DNA of 64,000 bases from Thermoanaerobaculia bacterium. GTDB lineage: Bacteria > Acidobacteriota > Thermoanaerobaculia > Multivoradales > Multivoraceae. Below are positions 7,249 to 17,006 of the stretch, one piece after another (position 1 is the stretch's first letter; each line of letters begins with the position of its first letter). A model generated the notes under the pieces. It had not been told where the DNA came from and made no database searches. It saw only the letters and a program-made list of their open reading frames with translations. A program made the translations under genes and the position numbers. The DNA lies in contig OY762911.1 in NCBI GenBank assembly GCA_963666565.1, positions 64,001 to 128,000 of the forward strand. The letters are read 5' to 3'.

Positions 7249-8904
7249 ATGGATTCCGCCGCGTGCCCGCCCGACCGCTCGGGCGCCGGTATCCTCCATG
7301 GCGAAGTGCCGGCACGACGCGAAGGCCCAGCGGCTCGTGAGTCCTCCGGCTTCTGGCGAAGACTCCCGGTCTTCCGCGACCACCCGCCCGGCCTGGGCGT
7401 CTGCTTCCTGGTCGAGATGTGGGAGCGCTTCTCGTACTACGGGATGCGGGCGCTGCTCATCTTCTACCTGACCCAGCACTTTCTCTTCAGCGACAGCCGG
7501 GCCTTCGTGCTCTACGGCGCCTACGCGTCGATGGTCTACCTGCTGCCGGTGCTCGGCGGGGCGGTGGCGGACCGCTGGCTCGGCCCGCGCAAGGGAGTCA
7601 CCTTCGGCGCCCTGCTCCTGGTCGCCGGTCACTTCCTGATGACGATCGAGGGGCCGGCGGCCGAAGAGATCTCCTCCGCCGGAGGGGTGGTCGTCGAACG
7701 CAGCGAGTTCCATCTGAGCCTGTTCTATCTGGCGCTGGCTCTGATCGCGACCGGCGTCGGATTCCTCAAGACGAACGCGTCCACGGTCGTCGGCGCTCTC
7801 TACGAGAAAGGCGATCCGCGCCGGGATTCCGGCTTCACCGTCTTCTACATGGGGATCAACCTGGGCGCGGCGGTCGCTCCCCTGCTCTGCGGCTGGCTGG
7901 GCCAGACCTGGGGCTGGCGCTACGGCTTCGGTCTCGCCGGCGTCGGCATGCTGGCCGGACTGCTGCTCTACCTGAGGGGCCAGAAGTACCTCCGCGGCCA
8001 CGCGGATCCGCCGCGGCCAGAGGCGCTGAAGGAGCGTGTGCTCCCCGGACTCCCCCGCGAAACCGCCATCTACGTTGCGAGCCTGGGCCTGGTCGGCGGC
8101 GTCTGGTGGGTGCTCCAGCACCCGCCGGTCGTCGGCGGCCTGCTGTCGGCCACCGGCGCGGCGCTGGGCCTCTTCGTCCTCTGGTACGCGCTGCGACGGT
8201 GCGACCGGACGGAGCGCGATCAGCTTCTGGCCTGCGCGGTCCTGGTGGCCTTCACCATCGGCTTCTGGGCCTTCTACGAGCAGATGGGCAGCTCGCTCAA
8301 CCTCTTCGCCGACCGCATGGTCGACCGCGAGTTCGCAGGCTTCGAGATTCCGGCCTCCACGCTGCAATCCCTGCCGGCGATCTACGTCATCGCGCTGGCG
8401 CCGCTGTTCAGTTGGCTGTGGATCGCGCTCGGCCGGCGCGGCCGGGAGCCTTCGACACCCGTCAAGTTCGTTCTCGCGATCGTCCAGATCGGCCTCGCCT
8501 TACTGGTGCTGGTTCTCGGCAGCGCGCTGCGGCCGGACGACGGCAAGGTGGCGCTGATCTGGTTCGCCCTCACCTTCCTGCTGATGGTGACCGGCGAGCT
8601 CTACCTGGCGCCGGTCGGCATGTCGATGGTGACCCGACTCTCGCCGAAGAAGATCGTCTCAACGATGATGGGGTCGTTCATGCTCGCCTATGCCGCCTCG
8701 AGCTACATCTCGGGGTTGATCGCCCGGCTGACGAGTGCCACGACGGTCGGCGGAGAGGTCGCCGACTTCGAGGCGGCGCTCTCGACGTACGGCGATGTCT
8801 ACACCAGGATCGGGCTGCTGGCGCTGCTCGTCGCGGCCGTGCTCGGCGCACTGACGCCGCTGCTCGTGCGCTGGATGCACGCGCCGAGGTTGCGGTCGGC
8901 GTAA
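7249..8904 (+). CDS. POT/PTR-family peptide:H+ symporter
   Basis: EMWERFSYYGMR, GAVADRWLG, FYMGINLG motifs; many TM helices; start uncertain. Confidence 0.95.
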   Translation: MDSAACPPDRSGAGILHGEVPARREGPAARESSGFWRRLPVFRDHPPGLGVCFLVEMWERFSYYGMRALLIFYLTQHFLFSDSRAFVLYGAYASMVYLLPVLGGAVADRWLGPRKGVTFGALLLVAGHFLMTIEGPAAEEISSAGGVVVERSEFHLSLFYLALALIATGVGFLKTNASTVVGALYEKGDPRRDSGFTVFYMGINLGAAVAPLLCGWLGQTWGWRYGFGLAGVGMLAGLLLYLRGQKYLRGHADPPRPEALKERVLPGLPRETAIYVASLGLVGGVWWVLQHPPVVGGLLSATGAALGLFVLWYALRRCDRTERDQLLACAVLVAFTIGFWAFYEQMGSSLNLFADRMVDREFAGFEIPASTLQSLPAIYVIALAPLFSWLWIALGRRGREPSTPVKFVLAIVQIGLALLVLVLGSALRPDDGKVALIWFALTFLLMVTGELYLAPVGMSMVTRLSPKKIVSTMMGSFMLAYAASSYISGLIARLTSATTVGGEVADFEAALSTYGDVYTRIGLLALLVAAVLGALTPLLVRWMHAPRLRSA

Positions 8905-8931
8905 GCTTGCGGATGAGTGACAGTCCAAGGT

Positions 8932-9004
8932 GGAGCCGGCCTTCGGCCGGCGCGTCTTTCTGGCCGCCTGCGGCGGATGCGGGTCGGAAGACCCGCGCAC
9001 CCAG
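8932..9004 (+). repeat. REP-like element, family A (GCGGGTCGGAAGACCCGCGCACCCAG) with upstream hairpins
   Basis: Hairpin plus tail recurs at 24365, 36582, 38892, 39960, 40076. Confidence 0.8.
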
Positions 9005-9025
9005 TCGGCTACGCCTGGAGAGAAC

Positions 9026-10810
9026 ATGAACAACAGAACGGTCTTCAGTCTCTGCCTCGCCGGTTGGCTCGTGGTGGCCGCGCCTGCCGCGTTCGCCGGC
9101 GCGGCCGACGAAGCGACGGTCGACCTCAGCCCGGCCAACTGGAGCGACCGCGAGGCGCTCGAGGAGCTGAACGCCTTCTTCGAGACGGACAAGCCGCTCG
9201 CCGAAGGCGAGAACGGCGTGATCAGCGGCACCACCGGACCGGCGGCGGTCAGGGCCGGCCTCGAAGCCCTTCGCCAGGGCGGCACCGCCGCCGACGCGGT
9301 GATCGCCACCGCTCTCACCCAGATCTCCCTCGCCGGCGGCGCCTGGGTCAGCTACGCCGGGATCTTTAACCTCGTCTACTACGAGGCGGAGAGCGGCGAG
9401 GTGTTCAACGTGAACGGCGCCTACGACACGGTCCGCGGCGAGACCGAGCCGATGACGATCCCGAGGTCGACGACGGCCGGCGGCAAGCACGAGCCGAGCG
9501 GCCGCACCGCCCTGGTGCCGGGGTTCTTCGGCGGCCTCGGCGCCACGCACGAGCGCTTCGGGAAGCTGCCGTGGGCCAGCCTCTTCGAACCGGCGATCCA
9601 CTACGCGGAGAACGGCGTCCTGCTCGGCGCCATCCACACGAGCATGATCGAGATGCGCAAGGAGGCGCTGTCCCGCCTGCCCGCTACGCGCAGCATCTTC
9701 ACCGACGATGACGGCGCCTTTCTCGGCGAAGGGGATCTGCTCCGGCAGCCGGAACTCGCCTCGACTCTCCGCGCCGTCGCCGACCAGGGGATCGACTACG
9801 TCTACCGCGGCCCCTGGGCCGAACGGCTGGTCGAGGCGGTCCAGCGCGACGGCGGCAAGCTCTCGATGGAGGACATGCGGAGCTACGAGGCCCTGGTCGC
9901 CGAGCCGGTGCACTCCACCTACAACGGCTTCGACGTCTACGGCCACGGCCTGCCGGCGCAGGGCGGCGTCCACGTCGCCGAGGTGCTCAACGTCTCCGAG
10001 GCGGCCGGGCTGCGCGACATGGGTCACTACGCGAAGTCGCCGGAGGCCTTCTTCTGGGTGAACCAGATGACCAACCTGATGAGCCTCGTCTTCCTGCCCG
10101 AACCGATGCGCCGCACGCTGTACGGCGACCTCGACGCCACCCTGGCGGGCCGGACCAGCAAGGAGAACGCCGCGGGGCTCTGGAAGAGGATGCAATCGGG
10201 CATTCCGCCTCTGGTCAAGGTACCCGCGCCGGTCGATCCGAAGCACTCGGACGCCATCGTCGCCATCGACTCGCACGGCAACGTCGCCGCGGTCGTCCAC
10301 ACGATCAACACCTCGGCCTGGGGCGACACGGCGATCTTCGTCGACGGCATTTCGATCCCCGACTCGGCGTCCTTCCAGCAGGCGCTGATCGCCGAGACCG
10401 GCCCCGGCAAGCGGCTGCCGGACCCGACCGAGCCGATGATCGTCCTGCGCGACGGCAAGCCGGTGGCCGCCCTCGCCTCCATCGGCGCCGGCCTGCACCA
10501 GAAGACGATCAGCGTGCTCCTGAACCTCCTCGACTGGGAGATGGACATCAAGGAAGCGATCGACGCTCCCTCGCCGCACCTGCCGGCTTTCGGCCCCATG
10601 GGCTCGCCCAGCACACAGGTCATCGAGGGCGACTTCTCCCCCGAATTGCTCGAGGCCGCGCGCGGTCTCGGGCTCCAGATCAAGGTGGTTCCGGCCGGCC
10701 TCGAGTCGCGGGCGCCGCGCGGCTACGTCGTCGGGGCGACGATCGGTGAGGACGGCAAGCGACAGGCCGCCGCGACGACCCTGCTCAGCGGCCTGGCGCT
10801 GTCGCACTGA
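9026..10810 (+). CDS. ggt: Gamma-glutamyltransferase-family Ntn hydrolase, secreted
   Basis: GGTAADAVIA, VPGFFGGL, RFGKLPW, QPELA, AID..GNVAAVVHTIN; signal peptide. Confidence 0.9.
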   Translation: MNNRTVFSLCLAGWLVVAAPAAFAGAADEATVDLSPANWSDREALEELNAFFETDKPLAEGENGVISGTTGPAAVRAGLEALRQGGTAADAVIATALTQISLAGGAWVSYAGIFNLVYYEAESGEVFNVNGAYDTVRGETEPMTIPRSTTAGGKHEPSGRTALVPGFFGGLGATHERFGKLPWASLFEPAIHYAENGVLLGAIHTSMIEMRKEALSRLPATRSIFTDDDGAFLGEGDLLRQPELASTLRAVADQGIDYVYRGPWAERLVEAVQRDGGKLSMEDMRSYEALVAEPVHSTYNGFDVYGHGLPAQGGVHVAEVLNVSEAAGLRDMGHYAKSPEAFFWVNQMTNLMSLVFLPEPMRRTLYGDLDATLAGRTSKENAAGLWKRMQSGIPPLVKVPAPVDPKHSDAIVAIDSHGNVAAVVHTINTSAWGDTAIFVDGISIPDSASFQQALIAETGPGKRLPDPTEPMIVLRDGKPVAALASIGAGLHQKTISVLLNLLDWEMDIKEAIDAPSPHLPAFGPMGSPSTQVIEGDFSPELLEAARGLGLQIKVVPAGLESRAPRGYVVGATIGEDGKRQAAATTLLSGLALSH

Positions 10811-10847
10811 GCCAGCACCGTCAACAGCCGGAATCAGGAGAGGACTG

Positions 10848-11951
10848 ATGGAGATCTCCGAGCGGGCGACCGCTCTTCACCGCGAATCGATCGTGATCGA
10901 CGGTCACTGCGACATCCTGATTCCCGTCAGCGACGGCAAGGTGAAGCTCGACGAGAGGGTCGAACTCCCCGAGTCCGAGGGTTGGCAACCGCCGCTCGGG
11001 CTCGACATCGGCCCCTTCGCCCAGTTCGGGATGTCGGCCCACACCGTCTGGTTCGGCTGCATGGGCCAGTACGACCTGCCGCGCTGGCGGGAAGGCGGCG
11101 TCACCTCGCAGCTCTGCGCGGTCTACCTCGACGACGAGCAGCTCAACAGCCCGCTCCACCGCGGGCTCGAGATGACCTGGAACCTGCACAACGAGGTCGA
11201 GCGGCTCGACGACCTGGTGCTCGCCACCTCAGTGGCCGAGATCCGCCAGGCCAAGAGGGACGGACGCGTCGCGCTCGTCTTCTCCTTCGAGGGCTGTGAG
11301 GCGCTGGGCGCGGATCCGCGCTTCCTCGATCTGTACTACAAGCTCGGCCTGCGGGTGGCCAGCCTGACCCACACCCGCCGCAACATCTACGCCGACGGCT
11401 GCTGGGCCGCCGACGACCAGGGCGGGCTGACGGCCGCCGGCAAGGCCCTCATCGACCGCATGGTGGAACTGAACATCGTCGTCGACCTGGTGCACATCGG
11501 CGAGCGCGGCTACTGGGAGATCCTCGACCGGGTCGACCGTCCGGTCATCCTCTCCCACACGACGCCGACCATGTTTCCCAACAGCGATCCGGAGTCCCGT
11601 CTCGGCGGAGGCACCCTTCCGCGAACCCGCCTCGAACTGCCGCGCGACCGGAAGATGCTGGAGGCGCTCGCCGAGAACGGCGGCGTGCTGGGGCTGATCC
11701 ACATCACCCACCGCAACCTGTCCGAGGTCGTCGACGACATCGAGACCGCGCTCGACGTGATGGGCCCGGACCACATCGGCATGGGCAGCGACCACTACGG
11801 CCTCGATCTCGCTCCGGAGAGCCTGGAACACATCGGCAAGGTCCCCGCCATCACCGAGGAACTGCTCCGCCGGGGCCACAGCGACGAGACGATTCGGAAG
11901 TTCCTCGGCGAGAACTACCTCCGCGTCTTCGAAGAAGTCTGGGGCGGCTAG
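10848..11951 (+). CDS. Membrane dipeptidase (peptidase M19)
   Basis: IDGHCD, FEGCE, LTH, VDLVH, SH, HIGMGSD, GENYLRV motifs. Confidence 0.92.
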   Translation: MEISERATALHRESIVIDGHCDILIPVSDGKVKLDERVELPESEGWQPPLGLDIGPFAQFGMSAHTVWFGCMGQYDLPRWREGGVTSQLCAVYLDDEQLNSPLHRGLEMTWNLHNEVERLDDLVLATSVAEIRQAKRDGRVALVFSFEGCEALGADPRFLDLYYKLGLRVASLTHTRRNIYADGCWAADDQGGLTAAGKALIDRMVELNIVVDLVHIGERGYWEILDRVDRPVILSHTTPTMFPNSDPESRLGGGTLPRTRLELPRDRKMLEALAENGGVLGLIHITHRNLSEVVDDIETALDVMGPDHIGMGSDHYGLDLAPESLEHIGKVPAITEELLRRGHSDETIRKFLGENYLRVFEEVWGG

Positions 11952-11999
11952 GAAGCTGCGCCGCGGCCTCGTGAGCGACGCCTGATCACAGGAGAACCG

Positions 12000-13076
12000 A
12001 TGTCTCGATTGCACCTCTTCCGTCCCCGCCTGCGCGTGTTCCTGCGCGTGCTTCCCATCGCGTGCACCCTTGTCGCCCTGGCCGCCGCACCCGCTTCGGC
12101 CTCCGAACGCCTCGAATTCCTGGGCGACGATCCCAATCTGAAGCACCTCGGTTCCGAGATCGAACGCCTCGCCGAGGCCAGCCTCGGGACGGTGGGAGTC
12201 GCCGCGATCCACCTCGAGTCCGGTCGCGGCGTACTGCTCAACGCCGACGAGCGCTTCCCGATGGCGAGCACCTACAAGGTGCCGATCGCCGTCGAGATCC
12301 TTGCGCAGGTCGACCAGGGCAAACGGTCGCTCGACGACCTCATCACGATGCAGACCAGCGATCACGTCGTCACCTACGGCGTCCTCAGCGACTTCTTCGA
12401 CACGCCGGGCTCTCGCCTGACCATCCAGAACGTCCTCGGCCTGATGCTGCGGATCAGCGACAACATCGCCACCGACCTGCTGTTTCGCGAGGCCGGCGGC
12501 GCCGAGGCCATCACCGCGCGGATGAAGGCGTCCGGCGCCGAGGGAATCCGCGTCGACCGGACCACCCGGGCGCTGATCGCGAACTGGCTCGGCCGGGACG
12601 ACGCCACCGTCGCCAGGCCGATGCCGCCGGCCGAGTACAACCGTCTCATCCTGGAAGCGAACTCGAGTCAACTGGATGAACGCCGACTGGCCGAGCTGAA
12701 CGAAGCGTTCAACTCCGATCCACGCGACACCGCGACGCCCAGGGCAATGGCCGCCCTACTTCGCAAGATCTGGAAGCGGGAGATCCTCAGCGAGAAGAGC
12801 TCGGCCCTGCTGATCGACATCATGGCCCGCTGCCAGACCGGCGAGAACCGGATTCCGGGAGCGCTGCCGCCGGGCACCCCGGTCGCCCACAAGACCGGCA
12901 CGATCGGCGAGACCACCAACGACGTGGGCGTCATCACCCTGCCGGGCGACGCGGGTCGCGTGATCTCGGTCGTCTTCGTCAAGGAATCCAGGCTGCCATC
13001 AAACGAGGCGATGGAACCGGTGATCGCCGAGATCGCGCGGGCCTCGCACGACTACTTCGTGTTCAACCGCGACTAG
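12000..13076 (+). CDS. Class A beta-lactamase-like serine hydrolase
   Basis: RFPMASTYK, SDN, HKTGT motifs; signal peptide; Glu166 equivalent absent. Confidence 0.88.
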   Translation: MSRLHLFRPRLRVFLRVLPIACTLVALAAAPASASERLEFLGDDPNLKHLGSEIERLAEASLGTVGVAAIHLESGRGVLLNADERFPMASTYKVPIAVEILAQVDQGKRSLDDLITMQTSDHVVTYGVLSDFFDTPGSRLTIQNVLGLMLRISDNIATDLLFREAGGAEAITARMKASGAEGIRVDRTTRALIANWLGRDDATVARPMPPAEYNRLILEANSSQLDERRLAELNEAFNSDPRDTATPRAMAALLRKIWKREILSEKSSALLIDIMARCQTGENRIPGALPPGTPVAHKTGTIGETTNDVGVITLPGDAGRVISVVFVKESRLPSNEAMEPVIAEIARASHDYFVFNRD

Positions 13077-13108
13077 GAGTCGAGGTCGCTGACGGAGGCG
13101 ATTCGACC

Positions 13109-13876
13109 ATGCGCTTGAATCAGAAGATCTGCCTCGTCACCGGCGGCGCGTCGGGAATCGGCAGCGCCACCTGCGAGGCGCTTGCCGCCCGGGGCGCCCA
13201 CGTCGTCGTCACGGACGTCGACGAAGCCGCGGGAAGCGACGTCGCGGACGCGGTCGGCGGCGAGTTCGCACGCCTCGACGTCAGCGACCGGGACGCCTGG
13301 ACGCGCGTTGTTTCCGGGATCGTCAGGGACCACGGCGGGCTCGATCTGGTCCATCTCAACGCCGGCGTAACGACTTATCCCGCGGCCGGGGGCGACTTTC
13401 CTGTCTTCGACATCGCCGCACTGCCGGCGGACGCCTACCGCCGGGCCATGGGAGCCAACGTCGACGGAGTCGTCTTCGGTCTGAGTGCGACGGTAGAGGC
13501 GCTCGAGAACCGGGGCGGCGGGGCGATCGTCGTCACGGCCTCTGTTGCCGGGCTCATCACGTGGGAGGTGGACCCCGTCTACACACTGACCAAGCACGCC
13601 GTGGTCGGCCTGGTGCGCGCTCTCGCACCGTCTCTCGTTGAGCGTGGAATCACGCTCAACGCGATCTGCCCGGCCGCCGTCGCGACGAGGATCTTCGGCC
13701 CCGAGGCCGAGGACTTCGTGCGGGAGGCCCGCCTTCGCCTCATGCCGCCCTCCCAGATCGCGGATGCCGTCGTCCTGGCAGCGGCAAGCAGCGAAACCGG
13801 CCAGTGCTGGGTCTGCTACGACGGCAAGGACCCGAAGCTCTACGTGCCGGCCCCGCTTCCGGGGCTGGACGACTAG
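13109..13876 (+). CDS. SDR-family oxidoreductase
   Basis: TGGASGIG, LNAG, YTLTK. Confidence 0.93.
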   Translation: MRLNQKICLVTGGASGIGSATCEALAARGAHVVVTDVDEAAGSDVADAVGGEFARLDVSDRDAWTRVVSGIVRDHGGLDLVHLNAGVTTYPAAGGDFPVFDIAALPADAYRRAMGANVDGVVFGLSATVEALENRGGGAIVVTASVAGLITWEVDPVYTLTKHAVVGLVRALAPSLVERGITLNAICPAAVATRIFGPEAEDFVREARLRLMPPSQIADAVVLAAASSETGQCWVCYDGKDPKLYVPAPLPGLDD

Positions 13877-13889
13877 CCGCCGTCGGACG

Positions 13890-15533
13890 CTACTCCTCTG
13901 CCTCGCCGCCGGCCCCCGCCGGGAACAACACGTTGGCGGCGCCCGGGAAGCGGGCGCCCAGTTCCCGCATGATCTGCCGGGCTTCCTCCTCGGTCACTCT
14001 GCACAGGTCCGATGCCCAGAATCCGGTGACCGCAGCGTAGCCGAAGCCGGCGCGCCGGATGTCGGCGACACCCTGGCGGAACGCTTCCTCGTTCCAGTCC
14101 TGGCGCGCCCCGTCGAGCATCCGCGTCGACCTGAGTGCATGGTCGAGTGCGTCCTGGGGCAGCTCGCCGGGAACGCCCACGTACATCCTGAACATCGCGG
14201 CGTAGACGACGCCGCGGACGTAGGAGACCTTCCACGTCCACTCCTCCGAAGGCGGCGAAACCTCGAAGTCCGGACGAGCGTGCAGCATCCAGTTCTCGAT
14301 GAACGGCGGAATGAGGGAGACGTCGGGAGCACTGTCGGGAAGGCTCCACTGATTCGACGCGACCACTACGGAGACGTCCAGGTCGGGCCACCCCCAACCG
14401 TCGGTACGCCAGCCGAACATGTGACCGCCGGCGTGACTGAAGGACATGGTCGGCTGACCATGGTCGCGCAGCAGCCAGACCAGACCCAGATCGAGCCCCG
14501 GTCCCAGCTCGCCGTGCCGGGGAGTCAGCATCTGCTCGGCGGTTTCGGCCTCGAGGACCTGGTAGTCGTTGTAACGCCCGCCGGCGAGCATGGCCATGAG
14601 CAGGCGCAGGTGGTCGGCCGGCTTCGCCAGCACGCCGCCGGCGGGATAGTGGCTGAAGTAGAGCGGGATCGTGGGGATCAGGGCCCCGCCCATCCGTGCA
14701 TGGCCGGTGCTCATCTGCTCCCAGATCTCGGGGCGCACGTAGTCCCGGTGCTGCGCGGGCGGATACTGGGACGACTCCATGCCCAGTGGATCCATGACGT
14801 GCTTCTGGACGTAGTCCGCAAACGAAAGCCCTTCCGGATTGACCGTCTCCACGATCAGGCCGAGCGTGGCCAGACCCGGGTTCGAGTAGTTGTAGCGCTC
14901 GCCGACCCGCGCGACCCAGAATGGGGTCACGCCGCCGCCGACGGGGCTCACATCGGAGTCGAAGCTCTCCTGGAGTGCTTGCGCGAGGGGCATCGGCTTG
15001 TCCCAGACGCCCATGGCGCCGCCGCTGGAGATCCCCGAGCGATGGGTCAGCAGGTCGTGCACGGTGATGTCGCGCTCACCCAGCGGGTTGGACACCTCGA
15101 AGGGCAGGTGCTCGTTGATCGCATCGTCGAGCGAGAGGATCCCGAGATCCACAAGCTGCATGACGGCGGTGGCGGTGTACGTCTTGCCCAGCGAACCGGA
15201 GTGGTAGACGGTCTCCGGAGTCATCGGCTTCTCGCTTGCGGCATCCGCGTAGCCGAAACCGGCCTCCCAGATGAGCCTTCCCTTGTAGCCCAGGGCGAGA
15301 TTGAGCCCGGGGGTGCCCTGGGCTCGCACGACGTGCGGCACGAAGTCGCGCAGGGCGTCGATCAACTGCAACTCGAAGGGGCGCTCCGTGTGCACCGTCT
15401 CGGCGATCGGGACCGACCGTTCGGCCTGAGCCTCCGCGGCCACGGTCAGACTCGAACCCAGGAGGACCGACGCCAGGAAGACCTCACGGACGCGTGGTCC
15501 GGCGACGATCCGGATAGAGCGGTGAACGTCCAT
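13890..15533 (-). CDS. Serine hydrolase, beta-lactamase/class C-like family
   Basis: SLGK, LLTHRSG, YSN, HAG motifs; signal-like N-terminus. Confidence 0.9.
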   Translation of the reverse strand: MDVHRSIRIVAGPRVREVFLASVLLGSSLTVAAEAQAERSVPIAETVHTERPFELQLIDALRDFVPHVVRAQGTPGLNLALGYKGRLIWEAGFGYADAASEKPMTPETVYHSGSLGKTYTATAVMQLVDLGILSLDDAINEHLPFEVSNPLGERDITVHDLLTHRSGISSGGAMGVWDKPMPLAQALQESFDSDVSPVGGGVTPFWVARVGERYNYSNPGLATLGLIVETVNPEGLSFADYVQKHVMDPLGMESSQYPPAQHRDYVRPEIWEQMSTGHARMGGALIPTIPLYFSHYPAGGVLAKPADHLRLLMAMLAGGRYNDYQVLEAETAEQMLTPRHGELGPGLDLGLVWLLRDHGQPTMSFSHAGGHMFGWRTDGWGWPDLDVSVVVASNQWSLPDSAPDVSLIPPFIENWMLHARPDFEVSPPSEEWTWKVSYVRGVVYAAMFRMYVGVPGELPQDALDHALRSTRMLDGARQDWNEEAFRQGVADIRRAGFGYAAVTGFWASDLCRVTEEEARQIMRELGARFPGAANVLFPAGAGGEAEE

Positions 15534-15535
15534 TC

Positions 15536-16789
15536 TCAGGCTCCTTCCCTGGAAGGGAGAATTCGGACGCCGCGATGGCCGGCAACGTCGACGTAGCCCG
15601 CCCTGTCCACCCGGCCGTTCAGGTTCTGGCTCGTGCAGCCGTGATCGACGTAGTCCACGACCTCCCGGCCCTCGGGTGACTCCGGATCGACCGCGCGCAC
15701 CGCGCCTTCCGGATTCAGCCGGCACGGCACGAAGCCGAACTCGGAGGGCGTCCCCTCCGCGAGCTTGACGTAACCCAGCGCGGTCATCCGGGCCTCGGGA
15801 TGAAGCGGCATCAGCGGCCAGCCCCTGCGCGGCGCCACGCCGTAGTAGTCCGCATCGTCGTCGAGGACCGGCATGGCGGCCACCATCTCCTCCGGCCAGC
15901 GGTCCAGCCGGACGTCGAAGACGAAGTGGCCGAGTCCGTAGAACACCGGCCGGTCGCGGTACCACTCCATGCCGCGCAACACGTGCTGGTGATGGCCGAC
16001 CACGATGTCGACGCCCTGGTCGATGCACAGGCGGGCGGTGCGCAGCTCGTGGTCGGTCAGGTGGTGGGCCTTGAAGTGGTCGCCCCAGTGGAAGCTGGCC
16101 ACCACCAGGTCCGCCTGCTCGCGGGCGGCCGCGATGTCGGCCTCCAGGTTCTCGTGGTCCGTCCTGTCGGGCACGGTCGAGACCCGCGGGTCGGCTCCCG
16201 GCGTGTAGTAGTCGTCGACCAGGTCCTGGTAGAAGTTGTGAGCCCTGAGCGGCGCCAGTCCGGCCAGGCTGCCCCGCGCCTCGTAGCCGCGGGGGAAGAC
16301 CGAGGCGTAGGCGAGGTAGGCGACCTTCACGCTGCCGGCATCGAGGATCGCGGGAGCGCGGGCCTCTTCGAGGCTGCCGCCGGCACCGCAGGTCTTGACG
16401 CCCTGCTCGTTCAGGCGCTGCCGGTTCTCGAGCATCGCCTCGCGCCCCCCGTCGAGGATGTGGTTGTTGGCCAACGACAGCACGTCGAAGCCGACCCGGC
16501 TCAGGACGTCGAGATTGCGCGCGGGCGGGACGAGGGCCGCCCCGGCGCTGGGCACCGATCGGGGATTGTCGGAGTACGGCCCCTCCAGGTTGCCGAACAG
16601 CACGTCCGGCGCGGCGAGCAGATCGCGCACCGGCGCGTAGGCCTCGTCCGGATCGTCGCGGTCGGTGAGCAGGTCGCCGACGAAGCCGAGGAGTACGTCG
16701 CCGTCGGCAGCACGGATTGCAGAAGGGCCGCCGACCAGGGCGACGACGCCGGCCGCGGCGCCCGATCTGAGGAGTTGTCGTCGGTTCAC
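15536..16789 (-). CDS. CapA/PgsA-family metallophosphoesterase, Tat-exported
   Basis: NRRQLL Tat signal; VGD, GNLE, LANNHILD, HWG, GHHQH, YGLGHFVF. Confidence 0.92.
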   Translation of the reverse strand: MNRRQLLRSGAAAGVVALVGGPSAIRAADGDVLLGFVGDLLTDRDDPDEAYAPVRDLLAAPDVLFGNLEGPYSDNPRSVPSAGAALVPPARNLDVLSRVGFDVLSLANNHILDGGREAMLENRQRLNEQGVKTCGAGGSLEEARAPAILDAGSVKVAYLAYASVFPRGYEARGSLAGLAPLRAHNFYQDLVDDYYTPGADPRVSTVPDRTDHENLEADIAAAREQADLVVASFHWGDHFKAHHLTDHELRTARLCIDQGVDIVVGHHQHVLRGMEWYRDRPVFYGLGHFVFDVRLDRWPEEMVAAMPVLDDDADYYGVAPRRGWPLMPLHPEARMTALGYVKLAEGTPSEFGFVPCRLNPEGAVRAVDPESPEGREVVDYVDHGCTSQNLNGRVDRAGYVDVAGHRGVRILPSREGA

Positions 16790-16914
16790 GTTCGCACCTC
16801 CAGCGGTCCGTGGTCGATCCACTCGCCGCCGCCCGGCCCGCCGTAGACGTCGCCGAAGTCGGCGGTCTCCCGGAAGAAGACCGGGAAGGGAATGCGGCCG
16901 TAGGGCTCGATCAT
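16786..16914 (-). CDS. 42-aa small ORF or gene remnant, translationally coupled to capA-like gene
   Basis: MIEPYGRIPFPVFFRETADFGDVYGGPGGGEWIDHGPLEVRT*; TGA overlaps GTG start of capA; genome-like codon usage. Confidence 0.4.
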   Translation of the reverse strand: MIEPYGRIPFPVFFRETADFGDVYGGPGGGEWIDHGPLEVRT

Positions 16915-16920
16915 GGCGTT

Positions 16921-16957
16921 TCGCGCCGGATGCCGGCGGGGACGCCGGCGCACCCAG
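16921..16957 (+). repeat. REP-like element, family B (GCCGGATGCCGGCGGGGACGCCGGCGCACCCAG)
   Basis: Recurs at 25689, 28622, 45584, 57614. Confidence 0.8.
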
Positions 16958-17006
16958 GTTCTGCCGCGCAAGCTCATGGGGTGCAGATGTTACGTTCGTT
17001 GGCCGC

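Noticed and set aside
12000-13076. Bona fide antibiotic-resistance beta-lactamase
   Set aside because: Glu166 equivalent absent; activity cannot be assumed
15536-16789. Poly-gamma-glutamate capsule synthesis locus
   Set aside because: No capB/capC ligase genes in the window; CapA domains are widespread on their own
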